This document shows, piece after piece, positions 16,810-25,085 of a stretch of DNA of 39,531 nucleotides (the stretch's first letter is position 1; each line of letters opens with the position of its first letter). The position numbers and the translations under genes are program-made. The notes under the pieces are model-generated. The model was not told the origin of the DNA and made no database searches. It saw nothing but the letters and a program-made list of their open reading frames with translations. Where the stretch lies: the NCBI GenBank assembly GCA_014379165.1, contig JACMMG010000015.1:1-39531 (forward strand). The letters run 5' to 3'. This DNA comes from Candidatus Parcubacteria bacterium. GTDB taxonomy: Bacteria > Patescibacteriota > Minisyncoccia > Phycocordibacterales > SBAW01.

Positions 16810-17439
16810 TTACGTTGTTCCCTCGATCCACTTCACTCCAACACGTTCAAATTGCATCTTCAGATCTTTCTTTATAGCATCAAGAAAATCTTTCAGCTCG
16901 GGAAAGTGCTGCGTCGCTTTGTCGAATGTCTCTACCACCTTGTTCGCATAGTCGGCATGAAATTCTTTTGGAATGTACGCTTCCACCCCATTTTCAGCAA
17001 TGTGCAGAAATCCTTCAATCCTGTCGAGCGCCTTAACGAATTTTGCCTCGACGGTGATTTGATCTTCGTACTCCTTCCACATGCTGTAGACCCAATCGCC
17101 GAAAGGCAAGTCACCCGTCATTTCGCGCATCGCTGCTTCCTCTTTGGCGGCTTTATCTTCGAGCACCTGTTTTCCTCCCATTATTTGATCGAAGGCATCC
17201 AAATCGCCCGCCTTGGCTTCAGCAAGATCGTGAATGAGTGCGAGGGCAAGCGCGCGATTAGTGTCTACCCGTACCTTACATTCCATTCCGATGACAAGCG
17301 TCATAAGTGCCAGCCGCCATGAGTGTTCGGCAACCGTGTTCTTTTTGTCCCGCAGAGATGAGCTATACCGCTCGACTGTTTCAAGATCCTTGCTCCGCCG
17401 CAAAAACGTGAGGATATCGTCTATTTTTTGCTGTCTCAT
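16810..17439 (-). CDS. HD-domain phosphohydrolase (YfbR-like 5'-deoxynucleotidase family)
   Basis: VAEHSWRLALMTLVIG and ALALALIHDLAEAKAGDL are H...HD...D motifs of HD_3/YfbR-like proteins. Confidence 0.8.
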   Translation of the reverse strand: MRQQKIDDILTFLRRSKDLETVERYSSSLRDKKNTVAEHSWRLALMTLVIGMECKVRVDTNRALALALIHDLAEAKAGDLDAFDQIMGGKQVLEDKAAKEEAAMREMTGDLPFGDWVYSMWKEYEDQITVEAKFVKALDRIEGFLHIAENGVEAYIPKEFHADYANKVVETFDKATQHFPELKDFLDAIKKDLKMQFERVGVKWIEGTT

Positions 17440-17482
17440 ACGGTATGTAATTCTTGTTTATAAGTTTATCACTTTTAAAATA

Positions 17483-17521
17483 TTAAAAAAATGCCCCCAA
17501 CGCCGATATGGTGCTGGGGGC
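17483..17521 (-). terminator. intrinsic terminator after dut (minus strand)
   Basis: GCCCCCA / TGGGGGC 7-bp stem (17493-17499 / 17515-17521). On the minus strand it is followed by ATTTTTTTAATATTTT. Confidence 0.6.
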
Positions 17522-17553
17522 TAAAAGTTTCTGCCAAGAAGGATCGAGCATTG

Positions 17554-18033
17554 CTAGCGAACCTCGCCAGGTTGCAAGTAGCGTGGCTTATTGCCGCTCG
17601 AGCCAATGCGCGCGGTTCCCCGTTCCGTTTGAGGAGCTTGTGCAAATTCCTCCGGTGTGATTTCAGTGACTTCCGCCACCTCGTAACGGCGCAGGATGAC
17701 CTGTCCGAGGACAGTGCCACGCTCGACGAGCACGGGATTGTCGCTCTTGTTCCATGCGACGAGGTTGACTGCTCCTCTGTATCCCTCATCAACGATAGTG
17801 AGGTCGAATCCGACCCCGAGAATCGCGCTTGCCCCACGTGATTCCACATGGAGGTAATACCCTTCCGGAATTACGAAGTACAGATCGGTAACAATCTGCA
17901 CGCCACTGCGGGGGGAAATTACGATCTCAACGGCCGTCGGAAGCTGCAACCCCGCATCCCCCTCATATGCGTAAAAGGGTAACGGAAGTCCTTTCGCCAG
18001 CGGACCCTGCATCACCTGTAAAGGAACCTTCAT
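17554..18033 (-). CDS. dut: dUTP diphosphatase
   Basis: YAYEGDAGLQL, IVDEGYRGAVNLVAWN and a C-terminal RGTARIGSSG match dUTPase motifs 1, 3 and 5. Confidence 0.85.
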   Translation of the reverse strand: MKVPLQVMQGPLAKGLPLPFYAYEGDAGLQLPTAVEIVISPRSGVQIVTDLYFVIPEGYYLHVESRGASAILGVGFDLTIVDEGYRGAVNLVAWNKSDNPVLVERGTVLGQVILRRYEVAEVTEITPEEFAQAPQTERGTARIGSSGNKPRYLQPGEVR

Positions 18034-18303
18034 CTCATCCTCCTAAGTTAGCCAACGTTGTGTCATCAAGTAACAACTTCAGTTACTGCACTGAGCTACT
18101 TCAGCCTGGGGGCCCTCCTAGCCCTCAGCGATAAGGACCTCTCTTGTTAGCGTGCTCACCTCGTTGTTCCTCTTGTCAAAGATGCTTGGACAAATTGTCT
18201 GTATTTCTGCCGTTTGACAATATATAGACATTATGATAAAAACCCTAATAGGGAACACAAGTTTGTAAATATAGATTTTACAGTTTTAACCCCGTTGCGA
18301 AAT

Positions 18304-19119
18304 ATGGCTCAGCAAAAACCCAAAAAAGATACCACCATACGGACTCTTCAAGAGCTCGAATTAGGCGAGAACGAGGCTATCCTCTATACCCAGATGCTCA
18401 GCCATCCCCGAAGTACGGTCCAGGAATTGGTAACCCACGCGCCATTTCCCCGCACCATGCTCTACTACGTGCTGAAGCAACTTATGCAGCGCGGGTTGGT
18501 ATCGGCAAAAAAAGAAGGCTGGCGCACGGTTTATATAGCGGAAGATCCGGAACACCTATATGACCTCTTGGCACAAAAAGAACGAGAATTCCAGCGAGAG
18601 ACAGGCGCGGTACGCGAGCTCATTCCTGAATTAAAAAATCAATATCGCCTAGCTGGAAAGCGGCCGACCGTGCGAACCTTCGAAGGGATAGCAGAATATC
18701 AAAAGGCCCTCGAAGACATCATTGTCTCAAAGCCAAAAGAGATCCTTACGTATGAGATTCTGTCTGGAAAGAAACCGGCGCTTGAAGTAAGAGAGACGCA
18801 TGAGAGGCGACGTATTGCCCGAAAAATACAGAAGAACGTATTATTTTTTGAACAAGGAAATGCACTACAGGCTCTTAAGAATTATCCTTATAATGACTTT
18901 ACGCAATTCAGGAGCATCAACGAGTCCTCGTCCGAAGTATTTGATGTTGATCTCGCGCTGTACGAGGGGAAACTGCTCTACACTAGTTACTATGACGAAC
19001 ATGAGCCCACTGCTATCTTAGTGGAAGATAAAGCGCTATACGAAATGCAAAGGAACCTATTCGACGCGTTGTGGAAACAAGGAAAAGAGCGTACACTCGC
19101 TTTTACAGAAAAAGTATGA
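18304..19119 (+). CDS. TrmB-family transcriptional regulator-like protein
   Basis: N-terminal wHTH (GENEAILYTQMLSHPRSTVQELV...MLYYVLKQLMQRGLVSAKKEG) followed by a TrmB-like C-domain. Start set to ATG 18304. The stop overlaps the next start (ATGA). Confidence 0.7.
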   Translation: MAQQKPKKDTTIRTLQELELGENEAILYTQMLSHPRSTVQELVTHAPFPRTMLYYVLKQLMQRGLVSAKKEGWRTVYIAEDPEHLYDLLAQKEREFQRETGAVRELIPELKNQYRLAGKRPTVRTFEGIAEYQKALEDIIVSKPKEILTYEILSGKKPALEVRETHERRRIARKIQKNVLFFEQGNALQALKNYPYNDFTQFRSINESSSEVFDVDLALYEGKLLYTSYYDEHEPTAILVEDKALYEMQRNLFDALWKQGKERTLAFTEKV

Positions 19120-19541
19120 ACATTTTCTTTATCGGATCAATCCGGGGAGGTCGCGCAGATCAGCCGAGATATGCACGGATCGTCAAAATCCTTGAACAAT
19201 ATGGCAGCGTCTTTTCACACCATGTATCAGATGAGACGCTCTCGCAGTACGGCGAAACAGAACTCTCGGGCAAAGAAATTCTCGAACGAGAATTAGAGAC
19301 TCTTGCTAAGAATGACGCGATAGTTGCTGAAGTTACTACGCCCAGCCTCGGTGTTGGGTATCTCATCGCCCGGGCAACGTCTCTGGAGAAAAAAGTTATA
19401 GCACTCTACTGTGGGGACGATGCATTGAAACTCTCCGCAATCATAAAAGGGGACCCCAGAGTCGAGGTACATACATACAAGGCGGACGAAGAAATTGAGA
19501 ACCTGCTTGTAGAGATTTTTAATAAAGAAAAAGCTTCATGA
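19116..19541 (+). CDS. 2'-deoxynucleoside 5'-phosphate N-hydrolase (DNPH1/Rcl)-like, nucleoside 2-deoxyribosyltransferase superfamily
   Basis: MNIFFIGSIRGGRADQPRYARIV...HV and DAIVAEVTTPSLGVGYLIARA closely resemble the DNPH1 signature (GSIRGGR ... AEVTxPSLGVGYE). Confidence 0.8.
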   Translation: MNIFFIGSIRGGRADQPRYARIVKILEQYGSVFSHHVSDETLSQYGETELSGKEILERELETLAKNDAIVAEVTTPSLGVGYLIARATSLEKKVIALYCGDDALKLSAIIKGDPRVEVHTYKADEEIENLLVEIFNKEKAS

Positions 19542-19575
19542 GAAGTTTAGTGATTGATGCTACTATAAAGAACTT

Positions 19576-20340
19576 ATGAATTCACGAAATACCATCATTT
19601 CCGTCGTTCTGGTTATTGCCGTCTTGGGAGTTGGATACATTCTTATGCAGCGAGGGGGCACCGCCCCTGCGGGGGTAGTAACGCAAGAAGGAGACCGTCA
19701 TTACACGCAAGATACGCAGTATTACACTATCGATATTGCCTACCCTATACAAACCGCGCTCGGGGTACGAAAAGGTGCAGACGCAGGGGCAGACGTTAAG
19801 GCGATGCAAACGATAGAAAGTACAATAGAAGATATTGCCCAACAGTTTAAAGACGCCGCAGACCCAGCTAATCTGCCGCAAGTAGAAAAAGATCGTCTTG
19901 CAGGCAGCGGCATCAAATATTCCCTTACTGGAAATTATTATGCGTATTCTTCTCCATCTGGTATCTCTTACGAGTTCACGTTCTTAAGCGATACCGGAGG
20001 AGCTCATCCCAATGCGTTTTACAAGACGCTCGTCTTTGATACGAGCGGCAACATCGTTGCATTAGGAGATCTCTTCACTTCGCAAGACTATCTTAGTCGC
20101 ATCTCGCAAATAGCTAAATCGCAAGTTACCCGACAACTGACAGAAGAAGGTGCCGGCGGTACGATTATTGAAGAAGGTCTTGCTCCTACAGCAGAGAACT
20201 TCCAGAATTTTGTCATCGACAGCGACACGTTACGTATCTTCATTCCACCATATCAGGTGGCGGCGTATGCGGCGGGGTCATTTGAAGTAGAAATACCCTT
20301 AACTGACTTGAGGGATCTTCTAAAAGAGACGGTTCAGTAA
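19576..20340 (+). CDS. membrane-anchored DUF3298/DUF4163 (RsiV/PdaC-like) domain protein
   Basis: N-terminal TM helix, GGAHPNAFYKTLVFD and LRIFIPPYQVAAYAAGSFEVEIPL, typical of DUF3298. Confidence 0.7.
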   Translation: MNSRNTIISVVLVIAVLGVGYILMQRGGTAPAGVVTQEGDRHYTQDTQYYTIDIAYPIQTALGVRKGADAGADVKAMQTIESTIEDIAQQFKDAADPANLPQVEKDRLAGSGIKYSLTGNYYAYSSPSGISYEFTFLSDTGGAHPNAFYKTLVFDTSGNIVALGDLFTSQDYLSRISQIAKSQVTRQLTEEGAGGTIIEEGLAPTAENFQNFVIDSDTLRIFIPPYQVAAYAAGSFEVEIPLTDLRDLLKETVQ

Positions 20341-20378
20341 ACGAAAAACCCCCGCGTGAAAGCGGGGGTTTTTCGTTT
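20341..20378 (+). terminator. intrinsic terminator
   Basis: AAAAACCCCCGC-GTGAAA-GCGGGGGTTTTT, a GC-rich stem followed by a T-run, directly after the stop codon. Confidence 0.85.
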
Positions 20379-20513
20379 CGAGGGGATACTTGGAGTTTGT
20401 TTAAAATTGATGAGATACAAGGCGCGGGTGAGGATTTTTTTGAGCGCTATAGCAATAGCGTGAGAAAAAACCGGAACCCGTAACGCCGTAACTCGCGATT
20501 TTAAGCGAACTCG

Positions 20514-20786
20514 CTATTTAACGGCTTCTTTAAGGGCCTTAGCTGCCTGGAATTTCGGTACGCGCATTGAAGGCACGTGCACCGTCTCTCCAGTGCGCGG
20601 GTTGCGCGCAGTGCGAGCGGCTCGCATCTTTGTCTTAAAGATACCGAGACCTGCTACAGAAACCTCCTCATTCTTCGTGAGGGCTCCTACAATGGTCTCA
20701 ATGATCGTTTCGACTGCTCTTTCAGCGTCTGCCTTGGTAGTACCCAAGACTCCGTGAACTTTTTCAGCAAGATCTTGCTTATTCAT
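20514..20786 (-). CDS. hup: HU-family DNA-binding protein
   Basis: 90 aa. MNKQDLAEKV..., GLGIFKTKMRAARTARNPRTGETVHVP is the canonical HU beta-arm. Confidence 0.93.
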   Translation of the reverse strand: MNKQDLAEKVHGVLGTTKADAERAVETIIETIVGALTKNEEVSVAGLGIFKTKMRAARTARNPRTGETVHVPSMRVPKFQAAKALKEAVK

Positions 20787-20939
20787 AACGATTTATATTA
20801 GTGGATAATACATTTTGCCCTGGGCCTCAGTATAAACTTTCCAAAAAACCCTGCAATAGAGCCAAACTCTTATAATAAATTGACAAAATTTACAAATATT
20901 TTCTCATTCGTTAGAAATTATGCTATTCTCCCTCTTATC

Positions 20940-21521
20940 ATGCCTCGTGTATCTAAAAAAGACCTAAGAATAGGGGTTTCTGGAGCTCCAGGCAGCTTTT
21001 CGGAAGAAGCAGCTCGTCTCTATGCTTCCAAACATGGCATTAAAAACCCCGAGTTGGCCTATCTGATAACTGTGGAAAATGTTCTTACTAGCCTTGAAAA
21101 AGGGGATATTGAGCTTGGAATCTTCCCAATTGAGAATAGTAACGGTGGAATCGTTATAGAGGCAGTGCATGCCATGGCAAAACATCGTTTTTCCATCAAA
21201 AAGATCTTTGAAATAGACGTCCACCAGAACCTTTTGGTTAAAAAAGGCACGACCGCAGATAAAATTAAGACAATAGTGTCGCACGATCAGGCTATCAAAC
21301 AGTGCAGAATGTACTTAAAGCGTATATGGCCCAAGGTAAAAGTAGAAGAATACGCCGACACTGCTAAAGCGGCTGAAGATTTAAGCCGAGGTAAACTTCC
21401 TAAAACTACGGCTGTTATTGCCTCAAAAGCTGCGGCAGAACTCTACAAGCTCGATATTCTCGAAGAATCTATCCAAGATTTGAAATTCAATTATACGTCT
21501 TTTGTGGTGGCCGTGAGGTAA
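20940..21521 (+). CDS. pheA: prephenate dehydratase (PDT domain only, no ACT domain)
   Basis: IGVSGAPGSFSEEAA, FPIENSNGGIV, SHDQAIKQC, TAVIASKAAAELYKLDIL and NYTSF match the PDT domain. The ORF ends where an ACT domain would begin. Start set to ATG 20940. Confidence 0.75.
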   Translation: MPRVSKKDLRIGVSGAPGSFSEEAARLYASKHGIKNPELAYLITVENVLTSLEKGDIELGIFPIENSNGGIVIEAVHAMAKHRFSIKKIFEIDVHQNLLVKKGTTADKIKTIVSHDQAIKQCRMYLKRIWPKVKVEEYADTAKAAEDLSRGKLPKTTAVIASKAAAELYKLDILEESIQDLKFNYTSFVVAVR

Positions 21522-21612
21522 ATTTAAAGCCGACGGCTCTGGTCGGCTCCCCGACCGCTTTGCGCGTCGGGGCTATATGAGCTTTGTAGCGGCAGTGAAA
21601 GAGTAGGGGAGA

Positions 21613-23142
21613 CTACCGAGCAAACTCAATAGCGCGAGTCTCCCGTATAACAGCGATTTTTATTTCGCCTGGGTATTTAAGTTCGTTTTGTATACGAAGC
21701 GCTATATTGCGTGCTAAGTCGCGTGCGGCCAAGTCGCTCATCTCCTCTGGTTTTACAAATACACGCACTTCGCGTCCTGCGGAAATGGCGTATGACTTCT
21801 CAACACCCCCAAAGGAGTTCGCAATGCCTTCGATGTCACCGAGGCGCTTGAGATAATTTTCGACAGAATCGCGGCGTGCTCCAGGGCGACCGCCTGAAAT
21901 AGCGTCTGCTACCTGCACGATAATGCTTTCAGTAGTTTCGTACGGATATTCCTCGTGATGCGCCTGCATTGCCTTGACAACTTCTTCGGAAACGCCGAAT
22001 TTTTGCAAAATCCTGCGGCCGATTTCAACGTGCGTTCCTTGCACTTCATGGTCTAGCGCCTTGCCGATGTCATGTAAAAGCGCTCCTGCTCGCGCCACTT
22101 GCGGGTTCGCACCAAGTTCTTCGGCAATCATTCCGGCAATATGTGCCATTTCAACTGAGTGCTGCAAGACCGATTGTCCGTAGGAAGTTCGGAAGTGAAG
22201 TCGGCCTAAAATCTGAGTCAATTGGGGAGCAAGGTTAAGCACTCCTGCTTCATAGGCGGCTGCTTCGCCCTTTTCCTTAATTATTTTTGTTACTTCGCCT
22301 TTTGCCTTCTCTACTATTTCTTCGATTTTTGCAGGCTGTATGCGGCCGTCAAGTATTAAATTTTCAAGCGCTACGCGGGCAACGGCTCGGCGTAGGGGAT
22401 CGTAAGACGAAAGCACAATAGAGCCTGGCGTATCATCGATAATTACTTCAACACCGGTCGCGCGTTCAAATGCCTTGATATTGCGGCCTTCTTTACCGAT
22501 AATTTTTCCTTTAATGTCGTCGTTCGGAATAGTGATGGCACTAGCCATAGTGTCTGACGCTACCGAATTGCCGAGGCGATGAATTGCGGTCGTCAAAATT
22601 TCTCGTGCGCGGCGCTCAAGTTTCTCTTGCCCGGTTTGTTCGAGCTTTTGAATGCGCACCATAAAGTCTTCATCAGACTCTCGCGCAAGCTCGCTCATAA
22701 GAAGTTCTCGTGCGTCGTCTTTGGTGAGGCCTGCTACTTTGGCAAGTTCATCTTGACGCGCAAGGACGAGCGCATCGGCGCGCTCTTTTATTGCTTTTAC
22801 TTCTTCAATGCGACTCTTCACCCCTTCAACTTCACGTTCAAGTTCAGTTTGCTTTTTGTCGAGAGATTCTTCGCGTTTGAATACACGCTCTTCTGCACGT
22901 GTGAGCTTGTCTTCTTTTTCTTTTAGAGTTCCTTCGGCGGAAGCTGCTAGTTCTTTAGCTTGCGTTTCCGCTTCGCCCGTTATGCGTTTTGCATCTTCGC
23001 GCGCAGTGAGAATTATTTGTTTGACCTCAAGCTCTATCGAGCCTTTGCGAGAAAGCACGAAAAGCCAGCGGAATACGTATCCGATAATAATGCCCAGAAG
23101 CCCCGTCAAACTCATTAATATGAGTGCGTATGTAAGTGACAT
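21613..23142 (-). CDS. rny: ribonuclease Y
   Basis: N-terminal TM helix, long coiled coil, KH (IGKEGRNIKAFE) and HD domain (LLHDIGKA). 509 aa. Confidence 0.93.
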   Translation of the reverse strand: MSLTYALILMSLTGLLGIIIGYVFRWLFVLSRKGSIELEVKQIILTAREDAKRITGEAETQAKELAASAEGTLKEKEDKLTRAEERVFKREESLDKKQTELEREVEGVKSRIEEVKAIKERADALVLARQDELAKVAGLTKDDARELLMSELARESDEDFMVRIQKLEQTGQEKLERRAREILTTAIHRLGNSVASDTMASAITIPNDDIKGKIIGKEGRNIKAFERATGVEVIIDDTPGSIVLSSYDPLRRAVARVALENLILDGRIQPAKIEEIVEKAKGEVTKIIKEKGEAAAYEAGVLNLAPQLTQILGRLHFRTSYGQSVLQHSVEMAHIAGMIAEELGANPQVARAGALLHDIGKALDHEVQGTHVEIGRRILQKFGVSEEVVKAMQAHHEEYPYETTESIIVQVADAISGGRPGARRDSVENYLKRLGDIEGIANSFGGVEKSYAISAGREVRVFVKPEEMSDLAARDLARNIALRIQNELKYPGEIKIAVIRETRAIEFAR

Positions 23143-23386
23143 AAGCGATTTAGTTAAACCGCTTCCGCCCCTCCTGATGAATAGTCGCTGTGATCAGCGC
23201 GCACACTAAGCCCTCTGAATTTTTGTCACAGAATTAAACGTCAATGTGGAAGCAAAAGCGGAAAGAAACATACAAAATAAAAGTTAAGTGTTTAGAACGT
23301 TGAAGTCGAAATGAACGCTTCAACAATACCAGATTATTGCACAGGGTGCAATGAGCTTCTAGCGCCTAGCTTCTAGCCACTAGCAG

Positions 23387-24001
23387 TTACTTTTTCATCG
23401 ACTTGCTGCCGAAAATATCGTCGATAATGCCGTACTTCTGGGCTTCAAGCGCATCCATAAAGTAGTCACGCTCAACATCCTTTTCTATCTGCGAAAGCGG
23501 TTTGCCGGTCGCTTTGGCAAGAATTTTGTTGAGTTTATCGCGGGTGGCGATAATGTGTCTTGCGGTGATTTCAATATCGGTGGCCTGACCCTGGGCTCCG
23601 CCCCATGGCTGGTGGATCATCACCTCGGCATTCGGAAGTGTAAAGCGCTTACCCTTGGCACCTCCTGCAAGAAGTATGGCAGCACCTGATGCGGCAATGC
23701 CAATACACACCGTTGAGACATCGGGCTTGATAAAGCTCATGGTGTCGAGCATCGCAAGAGTTGCCGTAACAGAGCCGCCTGGGGAGTTGATATAAAGCTG
23801 AATATCTTTTTTAGGGTCTTCAGAGGCCAAAAAGAGGAGCTGAGCAATAACTAAGTTTGCAGTGTGATCTTCAATAGGACCGCCAAGGAAGATGATGCGC
23901 TCGCGTAAAAGACGGGAGAAAATATCGAATGCGCGCTCGCCGTAGGGGCTTTTTTCGACCACCATTGGCACTAGTTGGTTATAGATTTCGTTGTTTTGCA
24001 T
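23387..24001 (-). CDS. clpP: ATP-dependent Clp protease proteolytic subunit
   Basis: [44 protein letters not shown] and VMIHQP are canonical ClpP motifs. Confidence 0.95.
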   Translation of the reverse strand: MQNNEIYNQLVPMVVEKSPYGERAFDIFSRLLRERIIFLGGPIEDHTANLVIAQLLFLASEDPKKDIQLYINSPGGSVTATLAMLDTMSFIKPDVSTVCIGIAASGAAILLAGGAKGKRFTLPNAEVMIHQPWGGAQGQATDIEITARHIIATRDKLNKILAKATGKPLSQIEKDVERDYFMDALEAQKYGIIDDIFGSKSMKK

Positions 24002-24038
24002 AGCTATATTATGCCTAATTTTAAGGACTTTTTGAAGC

Positions 24039-24068
24039 TTGACAAATTGGTATTAAGTATGATATAAT
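24039..24068 (+). promoter_or_regulatory. sigma70-type consensus promoter
   Basis: TTGACA (24039-24044), 18-nt spacer, TATAAT (24063-24068). Confidence 0.6.
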
Positions 24069-24115
24069 ATAAGGTAAAGTACATTTCGGTTCAACTCAAA
24101 CCATTGGGGGCGAAT

Positions 24116-24499
24116 ATGCTCAATGTAGATCAAGAAACGTTCCGCGATCTGGTCTTGATAGGTGGGACGATCGCGGTAGCAGTCGTCTTGGGTGGCCTCT
24201 TGCTTTGGGGGCTCATCAGTATCATCAAGCGATTCTCGCTGACCTTCATCGCCATAATCGTGGCGGGCGCGATGGTGGTGGTGTTGGCAATCATGCCACC
24301 AACCCCTGAGATAGTGAGCTTACGTGAGGGTGCGATGGTCATTGGTGCCCTCGCGGTTATCGGCGGCTTCGCTATTGATCTGTTTAAGAAACACAACGAG
24401 GCCAAGGCAAGGCAGAAGAAGAAATCACACAAACCCAACAAGAAGGACCTCCTCGCCCAGCTTCTGGCTGCGGAAGCTGACGAGGGCAGGGGTCACTAG
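24116..24499 (+). CDS. hypothetical small membrane protein
   Basis: ATG 24116 after GGGGG (the track gives TTG 24104). Three predicted TM helices and a basic C-terminal tail. No family recognised. Confidence 0.5.
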   Translation: MLNVDQETFRDLVLIGGTIAVAVVLGGLLLWGLISIIKRFSLTFIAIIVAGAMVVVLAIMPPTPEIVSLREGAMVIGALAVIGGFAIDLFKKHNEAKARQKKKSHKPNKKDLLAQLLAAEADEGRGH

Positions 24500-24523
24500 T
24501 TCCAACTCGCGACCTTGTCGCAC

Positions 24524-24556
24524 AAGGGGCCCGGCAAAAGCTTGGGCCTCTTTTTA
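24524..24556 (+). terminator. intrinsic terminator
   Basis: AAGGGGCCC...GGGCCTCTT stem (one mismatch) followed by TTTTTATT. Confidence 0.5.
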
Positions 24557-24632
24557 TTCCAAATTGACGAAAATCACTCTTTACTGCAAAGTTTGATTAG
24601 AAGCGGTAACGCAAGGTCGTAGGGGTAGTGTC

Positions 24633-24989
24633 ATGGCAACGATTATTGTCAGACTGATTGCGAGCATATCACTCGCAGGAGCGTGGTGGCACATGTTTGT
24701 CCTTGGTCGCATCATATTTTCGACCTTCGGCTGTAACAAGATCGGCGCGCGCGGAGCATGTGCTGATCTGCAGGAGGCGTATTATGAGGGTCTTCGACAG
24801 GGGGGCATCGTGCTGCTGCTAATCGCCTTAGCCTATAGACTCATAACCCGGACTCGCCGGGGCTCACACACCGCTGATCAAGAGCGGTTCGACAAGTTCT
24901 TCTTCGTAGGCATACTGGCATCTTTTTTTGCTGGTTGCCTTGCTACAGGCATCACAGGCTACATGAACTACGGGATTGCGGCCCTGTAG
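24633..24989 (+). CDS. hypothetical small membrane protein
   Basis: 118-aa ORF with 3-4 hydrophobic helices. No family recognised. Confidence 0.5.
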   Translation: MATIIVRLIASISLAGAWWHMFVLGRIIFSTFGCNKIGARGACADLQEAYYEGLRQGGIVLLLIALAYRLITRTRRGSHTADQERFDKFFFVGILASFFAGCLATGITGYMNYGIAAL

Positions 24990-24999
24990 AAACTAGGAC

Positions 25000-25029
25000 T
25001 AGGCGGCGCGAAAGCGACGCCTATTTTTT
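25000..25029 (+). terminator. intrinsic terminator
   Basis: TAGGCGGCGC-GAAA-GCGACGCCTA stem-loop (GNRA loop) followed by TTTTTT. Confidence 0.7.
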
Positions 25030-25085
25030 ACTCCACTCATTGGTATTTATAGTTTCGCTATAGCGTAATTTAAAATACCGATGAT

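Noticed and set aside
23354-23385. CTAG-rich short direct repeats (AGCTTCTAGC x2) downstream of clpP
   Set aside because: There are only two 10-nt copies plus a partial third. That is too short to distinguish from chance, and no associated structure or gene is present.
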